This document shows, piece by piece, positions 45,548-57,770 of a DNA stretch of 64,000 nt (position 1 is its first letter; each line of letters begins with the position of its first letter). The notes under the pieces were generated by a model. That model was not told where the DNA came from. It did no database searches and saw only the letters and a list, made by a program, of their open reading frames with translations. Origin of the DNA: Ranitomeya imitator (lineage: Eukaryota); the NCBI RefSeq assembly GCF_032444005.1, contig NC_091283.1:62744001-62808000 (forward strand), in the 5' to 3' direction. The translations under genes and the position numbers were made by a program.

Positions 45548-46035
45548 CTATTAGGTATATACTCACCCTCGGACGCGCCCTTCTTCTTTCCGGCAGCCTT
45601 CCTTCCTAAGAATCAGCGCTTGCAGGACCTTGCAAGACGTCGCGGTGACGTCGCGGCTTGTGATTGGTCGCGCGAGCGGTCACATGGGCGGCCGCGTGAC
45701 CAATCACAAGCCGCGACGTCACCGCGACGTCACCGCAAAGGTCCTGCAAGCGCTGATTCGAAGGAAGGAAGGTTCCCGGTTAGTACCAGGGCGCGTCAGA
45801 GGGGAAGTATAGCGATATTTTTTATTTTAATTCTTTATTTTACATTAAATATGGATTCCGATACCGATTTCCGATATTGCAAACATATCGGAACTCGGGA
45901 TCGGAATTCCGATACCACATTCAGAAGATCGCCGACTTCATGGCCGACCCCACACAGGGGTCGGGTTTCATGAAACCCGACTTTGCCAAAAGTCGGCGAC
46001 TTCTGAAAGTGGCCGACCCGTTTCGCTCAACCCTA
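45548..46035. mobile_element. Truncated hAT-like non-autonomous element (right end)
   Basis: Ends TTTCGCTCAACCCTA (inverse TAGGGTTGAGCG); internal hairpin 45600-45770. No left end or TSD found. Confidence 0.35.
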
Positions 46036-47057
46036 CTGGCTATATCTGTTTCCTTATGTCAAGTATGTGGGCGAACCTTCAGGGCCTGAATTGGACTCAT
46101 CAGCCACCTCTGGACCCATAACTACTAATTCGCTTCTAACACTGAAGTCATGGTCATCTTCGACTATGAAGGACGAACATGAATTGAGAGTAAAGCTAAG
46201 AGTTTAGCTCGATCTAGGCTTGGCTACCATGTCAGAAGTTACCCTATCCTTTTAATATGTTATAACCTTACTGATCGCTGGGGTCCGACCGTTAGGACAC
46301 CCCACAATGCTGATATAGGAGCTCTGGGATCTATAAACCTATCGAGCCATATCTTCAATGCTTGACCTCTACTCCATTTATTGCCAATGCCCCCATCAAA
46401 AAAATATTACTGAATGTGGCATCTGTACCAAAGCTTCTATGCATCCCTTCATATATATGGCACATACTGAGGCTGCTTCCAACAGGCAAACCTATAGAAT
46501 GCTTTATAGTTTGCAAGATTTTTAGTTTTATATCTAGTTTTTATCTTTTTTTTGTTTGCTTTTTTGTTATTGATATGTAATACAATGTGTTTCACCATTC
46601 AATACACAGAACATATGCTTATTAGTCATTTTTGATAGAGAAATCGTATGAAGCAATGGTTGTATGAAAGGAACGTTATCTTCACTCCCCCCTTAATTCA
46701 ATTTACATCTAGGCTGGTGGTGAGTGTTCATGTAATGTGTAATTTATGTGACTCTAATGTAAAACACTATGTGACTCCCTGTTATATATTATTTATTCAT
46801 CAGTTAGAATGGGGAAAGCTCCAATTAATATAGAATTCTGAATTCTATTTCATTACATGCCATAACTGCCTCAATGAATATTTTGTGTGAGTGATTGCAG
46901 AGATCTGTATGGCTACAGCCATGCTTTATGATATTATAGTCTCCATGGAAAAGATTAAAAATTACATTTTAAATTGTAATGTATATAATAAAATAAGAGA
47001 AAGACAGAAGTAAAGCATATTTCTAATCTCCTGTAAACCTTCCAAAAACAAACTTAA

Positions 47058-47453
47058 AGAAGCACTCAAGTCAAAATTTGTATCCTCTTAATATATTGCA
47101 GTCATCATATCATACAGCACTGTGTACTTACAATTTCTCCTTTTGCCCTTCTATCAAGTTAATTCTTCTCTTTTCCATTAAGTCAATGACATCATGTGAT
47201 TAAAAACTGACAAGATGAATCCTTCTAAGTTCTATGTAGAAACAGGAGGTCAATTTTCCTTGTATTACTCATGGGTCACTCCAAAAGGGAGGAGAGGAGG
47301 GACTGGGGAAAAGAGACTTTCTACATAGAGAAAAGAGAAGAATTAGCTGGGTAGAAAGGCAAAATGAGCAATTGTAAGTACACAGTGCTATATAATATGA
47401 TGACTGCAATAAAGTAAGAGGATAAAAACTTTGATGAGAGTAGGAAGGCTTCT
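47058..47453. mobile_element. T2/Kolobok-like MITE with long TIRs
   Basis: TTAA|AGAAGC start. TTGCAGTCATCAT...CAGCACTGTGTACTTACAATT is inverted at about 47365-47410; right terminus degenerate. Confidence 0.65.
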
Positions 47454-47757
47454 ATGAAGTTTAAAAAAATTTACTTCACTCAACCGAATTCAATGATCAC
47501 GACAAATTTTTAAATAGTTCTGAATCCAAAAAGTTGACTATTCAGCTATGATTTAGAGTGGACACATTCAAAACACATAGGTTCTGCTCATTACATGACT
47601 ACATGTGCTTTTAACTATAATTCAATAAAGTATATACATTTTTACTCCAGGTGCTGTAATTTAATCAACGTTTTGGATCTATTACATTTACTCCATGGTC
47701 CAGGAGCTTCTGTGCACCTGATACTGAGATCATTACTCCAGACCCTTCAATACTTAA

Positions 47758-48692
47758 AGGGCCACTGTCACCCCCCTCCAGCCGTTATAGACTAAAAGAG
47801 CCACCTTGTGCAGCTGTAATGCTGCATTCTAACAAGGTGGCTCTTTTAGTTTTGTGTTCATGTATTACTAAAATAAAGCGCTTTGAAACTTTTCAAAAGT
47901 ACCTATCTTTGTCCACGGAGGCGGGTCTGAAGCCTCCTCTGTGAAGCGCCCAAATGCCGTCACTCATCTCTTCTGGGGCGATGGTCGCCGCCCCCTGCGC
48001 TGTTCTTCTTAAATCCGGTGCCTGCGCTGTGCGTGCCTGCCTGGGGCAGGCGCATTGAGAATTGGCAGTTAGCTCAGATGCCAGGTTCCTGACTGCGCCT
48101 GTGCGGGCAGTGCGGCCACCCTGTTACTGAATCCCCGCCCCGCACTGTGTTATGCATTATGCACAGTGCGGGGCTGGGATTCCTGGGCATGCGCACTGCA
48201 CTTGTCAGACGCTCCCCCAGGTTCCCCGCCTTCCAGCGTCGGTCTGTGCAGGAATCTGTCCAGGAATCCCAGCCCCGCACTGTGCATAATGCATAACACA
48301 GTGCGGGGCGGGGATTCAGTAAAAGGGTGACCGCACTGCCCGCACAGGCGCAGTCAGGAACCCGGCATCTGAGCTATGACTGCCAATTCTCAATGCGCCT
48401 GCCCCAGGCAGGCACGCACAGTGCAGGCGCCGGATTTAAGAAGAACAGCGCGCAGGGGGTGGCGACCATCGCCCCAAAAGAGATGAGTGACGGCAGTTGG
48501 GCGCTTCACAGAGGAGGCTTCAGACCCGCCTCCGTGGACAAAGATAGGTATTTTTGAAAAGTTTCAAAGCGCTTTATTTTAGTAATACATGAACACAAAA
48601 CTAAAAGAGCCACGTTGTTAGAATGCAGCATTACAGCTGCACAAGGTGGCTCTTTTAGTCTATAACGGCTGGAGGGGGGTGACAGTGGCCCT
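47758..48692. mobile_element. 935-bp foldback T2/Kolobok-like MITE
   Basis: TTAA|AGGGCCACTGTCACCCCCCTCCAGCCG ... CGGCTGGAGGGGGGTGACAGTGGCCCT|TTAA. The arms remain inverted for about 430 bp. Confidence 0.9.
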
Positions 48693-48797
48693 TTAAGCCG
48701 CTAGACTGGAGAGCTGTATCTCCCTATTTTTGTCTTTCTAAAATGTTCCCTATATGGTCAGTTTAAGTGAGAGTTCATCTTTTTATCCTATTACACT

Positions 48798-49298
48798 TGC
48801 AGACGTTTGTACTCACTCATCTGCAGTTGAGGTAGGCACAGGAAGCGGTATTGCTGCAATGTCCAGGCAATTTTATTTAAACTTCATAAACCACTCAGGA
48901 TAGCAAAACAAAAGCACAGCCTTTTCCGGCACAAAGTGAAAATGTAAAATAAAAAGTCCATACAACATATAGTGGACGCGCCCACTCATGATAGTGTCCA
49001 GTTCTCTAGGTCCTTGCAAAGACACACACAGGAGATCCACACATCTCCAGCTTCAGAGACTAAATGAGACACTCGGCCTTAATTATATCTGCCAAATTAC
49101 GCCCCTGGGGCTATGATATGTGAGCAGTCATTCCCACTCATTCTTATGACTGCTTGAAAAATTCAGCCCTGGAATGGCCTGATAACTCTCTCAGCACTAT
49201 GTGTGCTGGAGCATGCTTCTCATCACCGCAGCTAACAGCCGCAATAACACATATTTCCCCTCAATCCCCTCAAGGACTTGTCCGGTGGCCGTCTTACA
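48798..49298 (-). repeat. 3' LTR of the Gmr1-like element
   Basis: Direct repeat of 56942-57442 with many substitutions; abuts the PPT. Confidence 0.85.
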
Positions 49299-49309
49299 TA
49301 CCCCCCTCT

Positions 49310-50625
49310 GCCCAAAGCCGAGAGGCTTGGCATCTTCTGCTAACAAACAGTGGACTCTCGACAAAGTGTAAGCATTATTATGTAGTTTCCCTCGCCAAAG
49401 CTCCACATGCAAGTTACAATCCTGAAGTGCTAGGAACCACCTGGTCACTCGTGCATTGTTCACTTTCTTCTCCCTCATCCACTTCAGTGCAGCATGGTCT
49501 AACACTAGTTTGAGCTTCCTGCCTAAGAGGTAGTACCTTAGAGTGTCCAATGCCCACCTGATGGCTAAACATTCCTTCTCCACTAAAGAATCATTTTTCT
49601 CGCAGGATGACAACTTCCGGCTAAGATAAATTATGGGGTGCTCTTCCCCTTTCACCTCTTGAGATAACACAGCGCTCAGTCTGACATCCGACGCATCCGT
49701 CTGGACCATAAACTCCTTGGAGAAATAGGGTGCTACCAGCACTGGGTGTTTACACAGGGCCAGCTTCAGTTCCTAGAAGGTTGTCTCAGCTTCTGGAAAC
49801 CACTTAGCCATAGCTGACTTTGTCAATTTAAAAAGGTTTGTCAGAGAGGCAGCAACCATGATGAAGTTTGGGATAAACCGGTGGTAATAGCCCACAATGC
49901 CCAGGAACGCCCTGACCTGCTTCTTTGAGAAGAGTTGTGATCAACCCTGGATTGCTTCAACTTTATTTATCTGGGGCTTTATTTCGCCTCTGCCTACAGC
50001 ATAGCCCAAGTATTTAGTTTCCTTCATTCCCAAGGAACATTTCTTTGGGTTTATGGAAAACCTCGCCTTCCGTAGAGCATTAAATATCGCATGGACCTTG
50101 CTCAGATGGCTTCCCCAATTCTGGCTGAAGATCACAATGTCGTCAAGGTAGGCCACTGTGTACCTCTTGTGGGAAGCTAGGATCCGGTACATGACTCTCT
50201 GGAAAGTGGCTGAAGCGCCTTTTAACCCAAACGGCATCCTAGTGTATTGGAAGCATCCATCTGACTTTGAAAAGGCAGTCTTCTCTTTGGCATCTTGGGA
50301 CATGAATATTTGACAATACCCTTTTGTGAGGTCAAGGGTAGTAATGTACCGAGCCGGCCCTAGCCTCTCAATCAGTTCATCAACCATCAGGCATCGGGTA
50401 TACATCGAACTTAGAAACTTTGTTCAGCTTCCTATAGTCATTGCAAAAAAACCATTCCCCATCCAGCTTTGGCACGAAGACTATTGGACTGGACCAGTCT
50501 CTCTTGGATTCCTCAATGACTCCCAGGCTCAGCATCCACTTCACCTCCTTTGAAATCACCTCTCGGTGGGCTTCGGGAATCCGATATCGCTTCAAGTTAT
50601 CCCGGACATGAGGCTCTGTCACAAC
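49310..50625 (-). pseudogene. Degenerate RT and RNase H of the Gmr1-like element
   Basis: WSSPIVFVPK..CNDYRKLN, TLDLTKGY, MPFGL, AYLDD, QTDASD..EKECLAIRWAL..DH; several stops and frameshifts. Confidence 0.88.
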
Positions 50626-50631
50626 CTCATG

Positions 50632-51437
50632 TGTTGTGAATTCTGTTGTCGGGCTTCCTCCTGTGGCCATGAATGGTACTTCGGCTGGTTCTGTCCATGG
50701 ACTTCCTCTGGTGGGTGTTTCTGAGTTTCCTTCCACAGGTGACGAGGTTAATTCGTTAGCTGCTGCTCTATTTAACTCCACTTAGATCTTTGCTCCATGC
50801 CACCTGTCAATGTTCCAGTATTGGTTTAGTTCACTCCTGGATCGTTCTTGTGACCTGTCTTCCCAACAGAAGCTAAGTTCCAGCTTGTATTTCTTTGGTT
50901 TGCTATTTTTCTGTCCAGCTTGCAATTTTTATTGTTGTCTTGCTTGCTGGAAGCTCTGGGACGCAGAGGGAGCGCCTCCGCACCGTGAGTCGGTGCGGAG
51001 GGTCTTTTTGTGCCCTCTGCGTGGTCTTTTTGTAGGTTTTTGTGCTGATCGCAAAGTAACCTTTCCTATCCTCGGTCTGTTCAGTAAGTCGGGCCTCACT
51101 TTGCTAAATCTATTTCATCTCTGTGTTTGTATTTTCATCTTATTCACAGTCATTATATGTGGGGGGCTGCCTTTTCCTTTGGGGAATTTCTCTGAGGCAA
51201 GGAAGGCTTTATTTTTCTATCTTCAGGGCTAGCTAGTTTCTTAGGCTGTGCCGAGTTGCATAGGGAGCATTGGGCGCAATCCACGGCTATTTCTAGTGTG
51301 TTTGATAGGATTAGGGATTGCGGTCAGCAGAGTTCCCACGTCCCAGAGCTCGTCCTTTTTTTATCAGTAACTATCAGGTCTTTCCGTGTGCTCTTAACCA
51401 CCAGGTCCATTATTGTCCTGACCACCAGGTCATAACA
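50632..51437 (+). repeat. 5' LTR of chromovirus C (TATTTAA at 50769)
   Basis: TGTTGTGA...CATAACA; repeated at 55635-56437. Confidence 0.95.
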
Positions 51438-51439
51438 GT

Positions 51440-51448
51440 ACAGGTGGC
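51440..51448 (+). promoter_or_regulatory. Self-priming-type PBS of chromovirus C (ACAGGTGGC)
   Basis: Lies 2 nt after the 5' LTR; 9/9 complement of GCCACCTGT at 50799-50807. Confidence 0.7.
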
Positions 51449-51573
51449 CCAAAGTACTAATGCATCTCAATAGAGGGATAAGAGAAATTCTGAGACCATT
51501 TTTTTTTTTTTGCAGTGTGTTTTGTCTCTTTTTTCCCCTTTACCTCTGGGTGGTTCAGGACACTGGTGTAAAC

Positions 51574-54500
51574 ATGGACATTCAAGGTCTGTCCTCTTGG
51601 ATGGATAATCTCACTACAAGGGTACAAAACATTCAAGATTTTGTGGTTCAGAATCCGATGTCTGAGCCTAGGATTCCAATTCCTGATTTGTTTTTTGGTG
51701 ATAGATCTAAGTTCTTGAATTTCAAAAATAATTGTAAATTATTTCTTGCCTGGAAACCTCGCTCCTCAGGTGACCCTGTTCAACAAGTAAAGATCATTAT
51801 TTCTTTGCTACGTGGTGACCCTCAAGACTGGGCATTTTCCCTTGCGCCAGGAGATCCGGCATTGCGTGATGTTGATGCATTTTTCCTGACGCTTGGATTG
51901 CTTTATGACGAACCTAATTCAGTGGATCAGGCAGAGAAAATCATGCTGGCTCTTTGTCAGGGTCAGGATGAAGTGGAGATATATTGTCAGAAGTTTAGAA
52001 AGTGGTCTGTGCTCACTCAGTGGAATGAATGTGCCCTGGCAGCAATCTTCAGAAAGGGTCTCTCTGAAGCCCTTAAGGATGTCATGGTGGGGTTTCCCAT
52101 GCCTGCTGGTCTGAATGAGTCTATGTCCTTGGCCATTCAGATCGATCGATGCTTGCGTGAGCGTAAAGCTGTGCACCATTTGGCGGTACTATCTGAGCAT
52201 GGGCCTGAGCCTATGCAATGTGATAGGACTTTGACCAGAGCTGAACGGCAAGAACACAGACATCGGAATGGGCTATGTTTTTACTGTGGTGACTCCACTC
52301 ATGCTATCTCCGTTTGTCCTAAGCGCACTAAGCGGTTCGCTAGGTCTGCCACCATTGGTACGGTACAGTCTACATTTCTATTGTCTGTTACTCTGATTTG
52401 CTCTTTGTCATCCTATTCTGTTATGGCATTTGTGGATTCAGGCGCTGCCCTGAATTTGATGGACTTGGAGTATGCTAGGCGCTGTGTTTTTTTCTTGGAG
52501 CCCTTGCAGTATCCTATTCCATTGAGAAGAATTGATGCTACGCCTTTGGCCAAGAATAAGCCTCAGTACTGGACCCAATTGACCATGTGCATGGCTCCTG
52601 CACATCAGGAGGATATCCGCTTTCTGGTGTTGCATAATCTGCATGATGTGGTCGTTTTGGGGTTGCCATGGCTACAGGTTCATAATCCAGTATTGGACTG
52701 GAAATCTATGTATGTGTCCAGCTGGGGTTGCCAGGGGGTACATGGTGATGTTCCATTTTTGTCTATTTCGTCATCCACCCCTTCTGAAGTTCCAGAGTTT
52801 TTGTCGGATTATCGGGATGTATTTGATGAGCCCAAAGCCAGTGCCCTACCTCCTCATAGGGATTGCGATTGTGCTATTAATTTGATTCCTGGTAGTAAGT
52901 TTCCTAAGGGCCGATTGTTCAATTTATCTGTGCCAGAACACGCCGCTATGCGGAGTTATATAAAGGAATCCTTGGAGAAAGGCCATATTCGCCCGTCGTC
53001 ATCACCGTTAGGAGCAGGGTTATTTTTTGTGGCCAAGAAGGATGGTTCTTTGAGACCTTGTATTGATTACCGCCTTCTTAATAAAATTACAGTCAAATTT
53101 CAGTATCCTTTGCCGTTGCTATCTGATTTGTTTGCTCGTATTAAAGGGGTTGGTTGGTTCACCAAGATAGATCTTCGAGGGGCGTATAATCTTGTGCGTA
53201 TTAAACAAGGCGATGAATGGAAAACAGCATTTAATACGCCCGAGGGCCATTTTGAGTACCTGGTTATGCCATTCGGGCTTTCCAATGCTCCATCAGTAGT
53301 TCAGTCCTTTATGCATGACATCTTCCGAGAGTACCTGGATAAATTCCTGATTGTGTATTTGGATGATATTTTGGTCTTCTCGGATGATTGGGAGTCTCAT
53401 GTGAAGCAGGTCAGAATGGTGTTCCAGGTCCTTCGTGCGAATTTCTTGTTTGTGAAGGGGTCAAAGTGTCTCTTTGGAGTTCAGAAGGTTTCATTTTTGG
53501 GGTTCATTTTTTCCCCTTCTACTATCGAGATGGACCCTGTTAAAGTCCAGGCCATTTACGATTGGACTCAGCCGACATCTGTGAAGAGCCTGCAGAAGTT
53601 CCTGGGCTTTGCTAATTTTTATCGGCGCTTCATCGCTAATTTTTCTACTGTTGCTAAACCGTTGACTGATTTGACCAGGAAGGGTGCTGATGTGGTCAAT
53701 TGGTCTTCTGCAGCTGTAGAGGCTTTTCAGGAATTGAAGCGTCGTTTTTCTTCTGCCCCTGTGTTGTGCCAGCCAGATGTTTCGCTCCCGTTTCAGGTTG
53801 AGGTTGATGCTCCTGAGATTGGAGCAGGGGCTGTTTTGTCGCAAAGAAGTTCTGATGGCTCGGTGATGAAGCCATGTGCTTTCTTTTCTAGAAAGTTTTC
53901 GCCTGCTGAGCGTAACTATGATGTTGGTAATCGTGAGTTGTTGGCCATGAAGTAGGCATTCGAGGAGTGGCGTCATTGGCTTGAAGGAGCCAAGCATCGC
54001 GTGGTGGTCTTGACAGATCACAAGAATTTGACTTATCTTGAGTCTGCCAAACGGTTGAATCCGAGACAGGCTCGATGGTCGTTATTTTTCTCCCGTTTTG
54101 ATTTTGTGGTTTCGTACCTTCCGGGCTCTAAGAATGTGAAGGCTGATGCCCTGTCAAGGAGTTTTGTGCCTGACTCTCCGGGTGTTCCTGAGCCGGCAGG
54201 TATTCTCAAAGAGGAGGTAATTTTGTCTGCCATCCCCCCTGATTTGCGGCGGGTGCTGCAAAAATTTCAGGCTGATAGACCTGACCGTTGCCCAGCGGAG
54301 AAACTGTTTGTCCCTGATAGATGGACTAGTAGAGTTATCTCTGAGATTCATTGTTCAGTGTTGGCTGGGCATCCTGGAATCTTTGGTACCAGAGATTTGG
54401 TGGCTAGATCCTTCTGGTGGCCGTCTTTGTCACGGGATGTGCGTTCTTTTGTGCAGTCCTGTGGGACTTGTGCTCGGGCTAAGCCCTGCTGTTCTCGTGC

Positions 54501-55788
54501 CAGTGGGTTGCTTTTGCCCTTGCCGGTCCCGAAGAGGCCCTGGACGCATATGTCTATGGATTTTATTTCGGATCTCCCCGTCTCTCAAAAGATGTCGGTC
54601 ATTTGGGTGGTTTGTGATCGCTTTTCTAAGATGGTCCATTTGGTACCTTTGTCTAAATTGCCTTCCTCCTCTGATTTGGTGCCATTATTTTTCCAGCATG
54701 TGGTTCGTTTACATGGTATCCCAGAGAACATCGTTTCTGACAGAGGTTCCCAGTTTGTTTCGAGGTTTTGGCGATCCTTTTGTGCTTGGATGGGCATTGA
54801 TTTGTCTTTTTCCTCGGCTTTCCATCCTCAGACAAATGGCCAAACCGAACGAACTAATCAAACTTTGGAGACATATCTGAGATGCTTTGTTTCTGCTGAT
54901 CAGGATGATTGGGTGTCTTTTTTGCCGTTGGCTGAGTTCGCCCTTAATAATCGGGCCAGCTCGGCTACTTTGGTTTCGCCGTTTTTCTGCAATTCTGGTT
55001 TCCATCCTCGTTTCTCTTCAGGGCAGGTTGAGTCTTCGGACTGTCCTGGTGTAGATACTGTGGTGGATAGGTTGCAGCAGATTTGGACTCATGTGGTGGA
55101 CATTTTGACATTGTCCCAGGAGAAGGCTCAACGTTTCGCTAACCGCCGGTGCTGTGTGGGTTCCCGACTTCGTGTTGGGGATTTGGTTTGGTTGTCGTCT
55201 CGTTATGTTCCTATGAAGGTTTCCTCTCCTAAGTTTAAACCTCGTTTCATTGGTCCGTATAAGATTTCTGAGGTTATCAATCCTGTGTCATTTCGTTTGG
55301 CCCTTCCTGCTTCTTTTGCCATCCATAATGTGTTCCATAGGTCGTTATTGCGGAGATCCGTGGCGCCTGTGGTTCCATCCGTTGATCCTCCTGCCCCGGT
55401 GTTGGTTGAGGGGGAGTTGGAGTATGTGGTGGAGAAGATTTTGGATTTTCGTGTTTCGAGACGGAAACTCAAGTACCTGGTCAAGTGGAAGGGTTATGGT
55501 CAGGAAGATAATTCCTGGGTTTTTGCCTCTGATGTTCATGCTGCCGATCTGGTTTGTGCCTTTCATTTGGCTCATCCTGGTCGGCCTGGGGGCTCTGGTG
55601 AGGGTTCGGTGACCCCTCCTCAAGGGGGGGGTACTGTTGTGAATTCTGTTGTCGGGCTCCCTCCTGTGGTCATGAATGGTACTTCGGCTGGTTCTGTCCA
55701 TGGACTTCCTCTGGTGGGTGTTTCTGAGTTTCCTTCCACAGGTGACGAGGTTAATTCGTTAGCTGCTGCTCTATTTAACTCCACTTAG
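51574..55788 (+). pseudogene. Chromovirus C gag-pol with one in-frame TAG (53953-53955)
   Basis: Gag with CFYCGDSTHAISVC knuckle, FVDSGA, YLDD and RNase H with ELLAMK*AFEEW (TGG>TAG), continuing in frame to integrase and chromodomain. The start Met is uncertain (51574 or 51658). Confidence 0.92.
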
Positions 55789-56437
55789 ATCTTTGCTCCA
55801 TGTCACCTGTCAATGTTCCAGTATTGGTTTAGTTCACTCCTGGATCGTTCTTGTGACCTGTCTTCCCAACAGAAGCTAAGTTCCAGCTTGTATTTCTTTG
55901 GTTTGCTATTTTTCTGTCCAGCTTGCAATTTTTATTGTTGTCTTGCTTGCTGGAAGCTCTGGGACGCAGAGGGAGCGCCTCCGCACCGTGAGTCGGTGCG
56001 GAGGGTCTTTTTGCGCCCTCTGCGTGGTCTTTTTGTAGGTTGTGCTGATCGCAAAGTAACCTTTCTTATCCTCGGTCTGTTCAGTAAGTCGGGCCTCACT
56101 TTGCTAAATCTATTTCATCTCTGTGTTTGTATTTTCATCTTATTCACAGTCATTATATGTGGGGGGCTGCCTTTTCCTTTGGGGAATTTCTCTGAGGCAA
56201 GGTAGGCTTTATTTTTCTATCTTCAGGGCTAGCTAGTTTCTTAGGCTGTGCCGAGTTGCATAGGGAGCATTGGGCGCAATCCACGGCTATTTCTAGTGTG
56301 TTTGATAGGATTATGGATTGTGGTCAGGAGAGTTCCCACGTCCCAGAGCTCGTCCTTTCTTTATCAGTAACTATCATGTCTTTCAGTGTGCTCTTAACCA
56401 CCAGGTCCATTATTGTCCTGACCACCAGGTCATAACA
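55635..56437 (+). repeat. 3' LTR of chromovirus C
   Basis: Follows PPT + TAC; direct repeat of 50632-51437. Confidence 0.95.
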
Positions 56438-56443
56438 CTCATG

Positions 56444-56815
56444 CTCTATGACATTCGTACAACCTGGCAGCTCCAATAACAGGTCTCTGTTCTACAGTAG
56501 CAACTCTTGGCACTGTTGCTTTTGGGCACATCACAGCGTTTCTGCCACCTTAACTCCTTCCATGTCCGCTTCAGGCTTGGCCACCAAACACAGAGCTTCC
56601 ATAAGCTCACTATTTCGCCATGGCTTAATCAGGTTGGCATGGTATACCTGGTAAGGCTTCCTTCTCCCTGGTTGGTGGACTTTATAGTTGACATCTCCAA
56701 CATTTTCAACTATTTCGTAGGGGCCCTGCCACTTGGCCAGGAATTTGCTCTCCACTGTAGATACCAGCAGCAGTACTCGATCCCCAGGGTCAAAGCGTCT
56801 CACCCTCACCGACAA
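56444..56815 (-). pseudogene. Integrase C-terminal (GPY/F) region and linker of the Gmr1-like element
   Basis: RRFDPGDRVLLL...KFLAKWQGPYEIVE..GDVNYKV...QVYHANLIKPW, then LPGCTNVIEHE, which rejoins VVTEPHVR across the TSD. Confidence 0.85.
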
Positions 56816-56927
56816 GTTGCTTTTTCAACTCCTCCATGTTGTCAGATTTTGCTCCTGCATCCGCTTTCACCAAATACATGCTATAGCTGTGCGGCAGTTA
56901 CAGTGCCCCTTGGGATTCATGCACATG

Positions 56928-56939
56928 CTTCTAGCACCA
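56928..56939 (-). promoter_or_regulatory. Degenerate tRNA-type PBS of the Gmr1-like element (TGGTGCTAGAAG)
   Basis: Starts TGG 2 nt after the 5' LTR; resembles the complement of a tRNA-Leu 3' end (TGGTGTCAGAAG). Confidence 0.5.
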
Positions 56940-56941
56940 AT

Positions 56942-57442
56942 TATAGACGTTTGTACTCACTCAGCTGTAGTTGAGGTAGGCACAAGAAGCGGTATTGCTG
57001 CAATGTCCAGGCAACTTTATTCAAAGTTCCTAAACCGCTCAGGATAGCAAAACAAAAGCACAGCCTTTTCCGGCACAAAGTGAAAACGTAAAGTAAAAAA
57101 GTCCATACAACATATAGTGGATGTGCCCGCTCAGGATATTGTCCGGTTCTGTAGGTCCTTGCAAAGACACACACAGGAGATCCACTCATCTCCAGCTCCA
57201 GACACTAAATGAGACACTCACTCTCCATTTTATCTGCCAAACCATGCCCCTGGGGTTGAGATATGTGAGCAGTCATTCCCACCAATCTCTTATGACTCCT
57301 TGTAAATCCTGGCCCTGGAACGGCCTGATAACTCTCTCAGCACTATGTGTGCTGAAGCATGCATCAGAGCTCACATCACCGCAGCTAATAACCATGCTAA
57401 CATATATCTCCCTTCAAGAACTCGTCCAGTGGCCTTTTTGCA
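56942..57442 (-). repeat. 5' LTR of the Gmr1-like element
   Basis: Direct repeat of 48798-49298; followed by TSD CACT (57443-57446). Confidence 0.82.
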
Positions 57443-57770
57443 CACTAATAAACCAAAGAAGATTGTAGCTTACAATTAAACTTAGATAACAATAACGAGC
57501 AAATCTGCCAAAATTCAAATATGTCCAGTCACTTGAATTTATCAAGGAAATTTAATTCTCACAAAATTTCTTAATTGTGCCCAAATATTTTCTAGGGTCT
57601 TTCCAAACTCCAGAGCATTACAAACGTAGAGTGAAAAAAATATATATAGTCACCATGCCGCTCACCTGTCCCGCCATCGCAGCTCTCTATCCTGCCCTAA
57701 GCATAGCATCCTCCGGCATCCTCTTTACTTCTTCACAGCATGCAAGGTCCTGTCTCTCTATCTTCCCTTA

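Larger units (their letters stand above)
50632..56437 (+). mobile_element. Full-length Ty3/Gypsy chromovirus C (same family as A)
   Basis: LTRs 50632-51437 and 55635-56437 (about 13 differences by eye), TSD CTCATG, PPT 55622-55631, single gag-pol frame. Confidence 0.97.
48798..57442 (-). mobile_element. Gmr1-like Ty3/Gypsy element (IN before RT-RH), internally deleted, interrupted by chromovirus C
   Basis: About 500-bp diverged LTRs (48798-49298, 56942-57442), 4-bp TSD CACT, PPT AGAGGGGGG at 49301-49309. Order on the minus strand: integrase GPY tail, RT, RNase H, PPT. Confidence 0.85.

Noticed and set aside
45353-45973. 206-aa ORF as a gene
   Set aside because: Only the first ~65 aa are RTE-derived; the rest is read-through into an unrelated DNA-element fragment.
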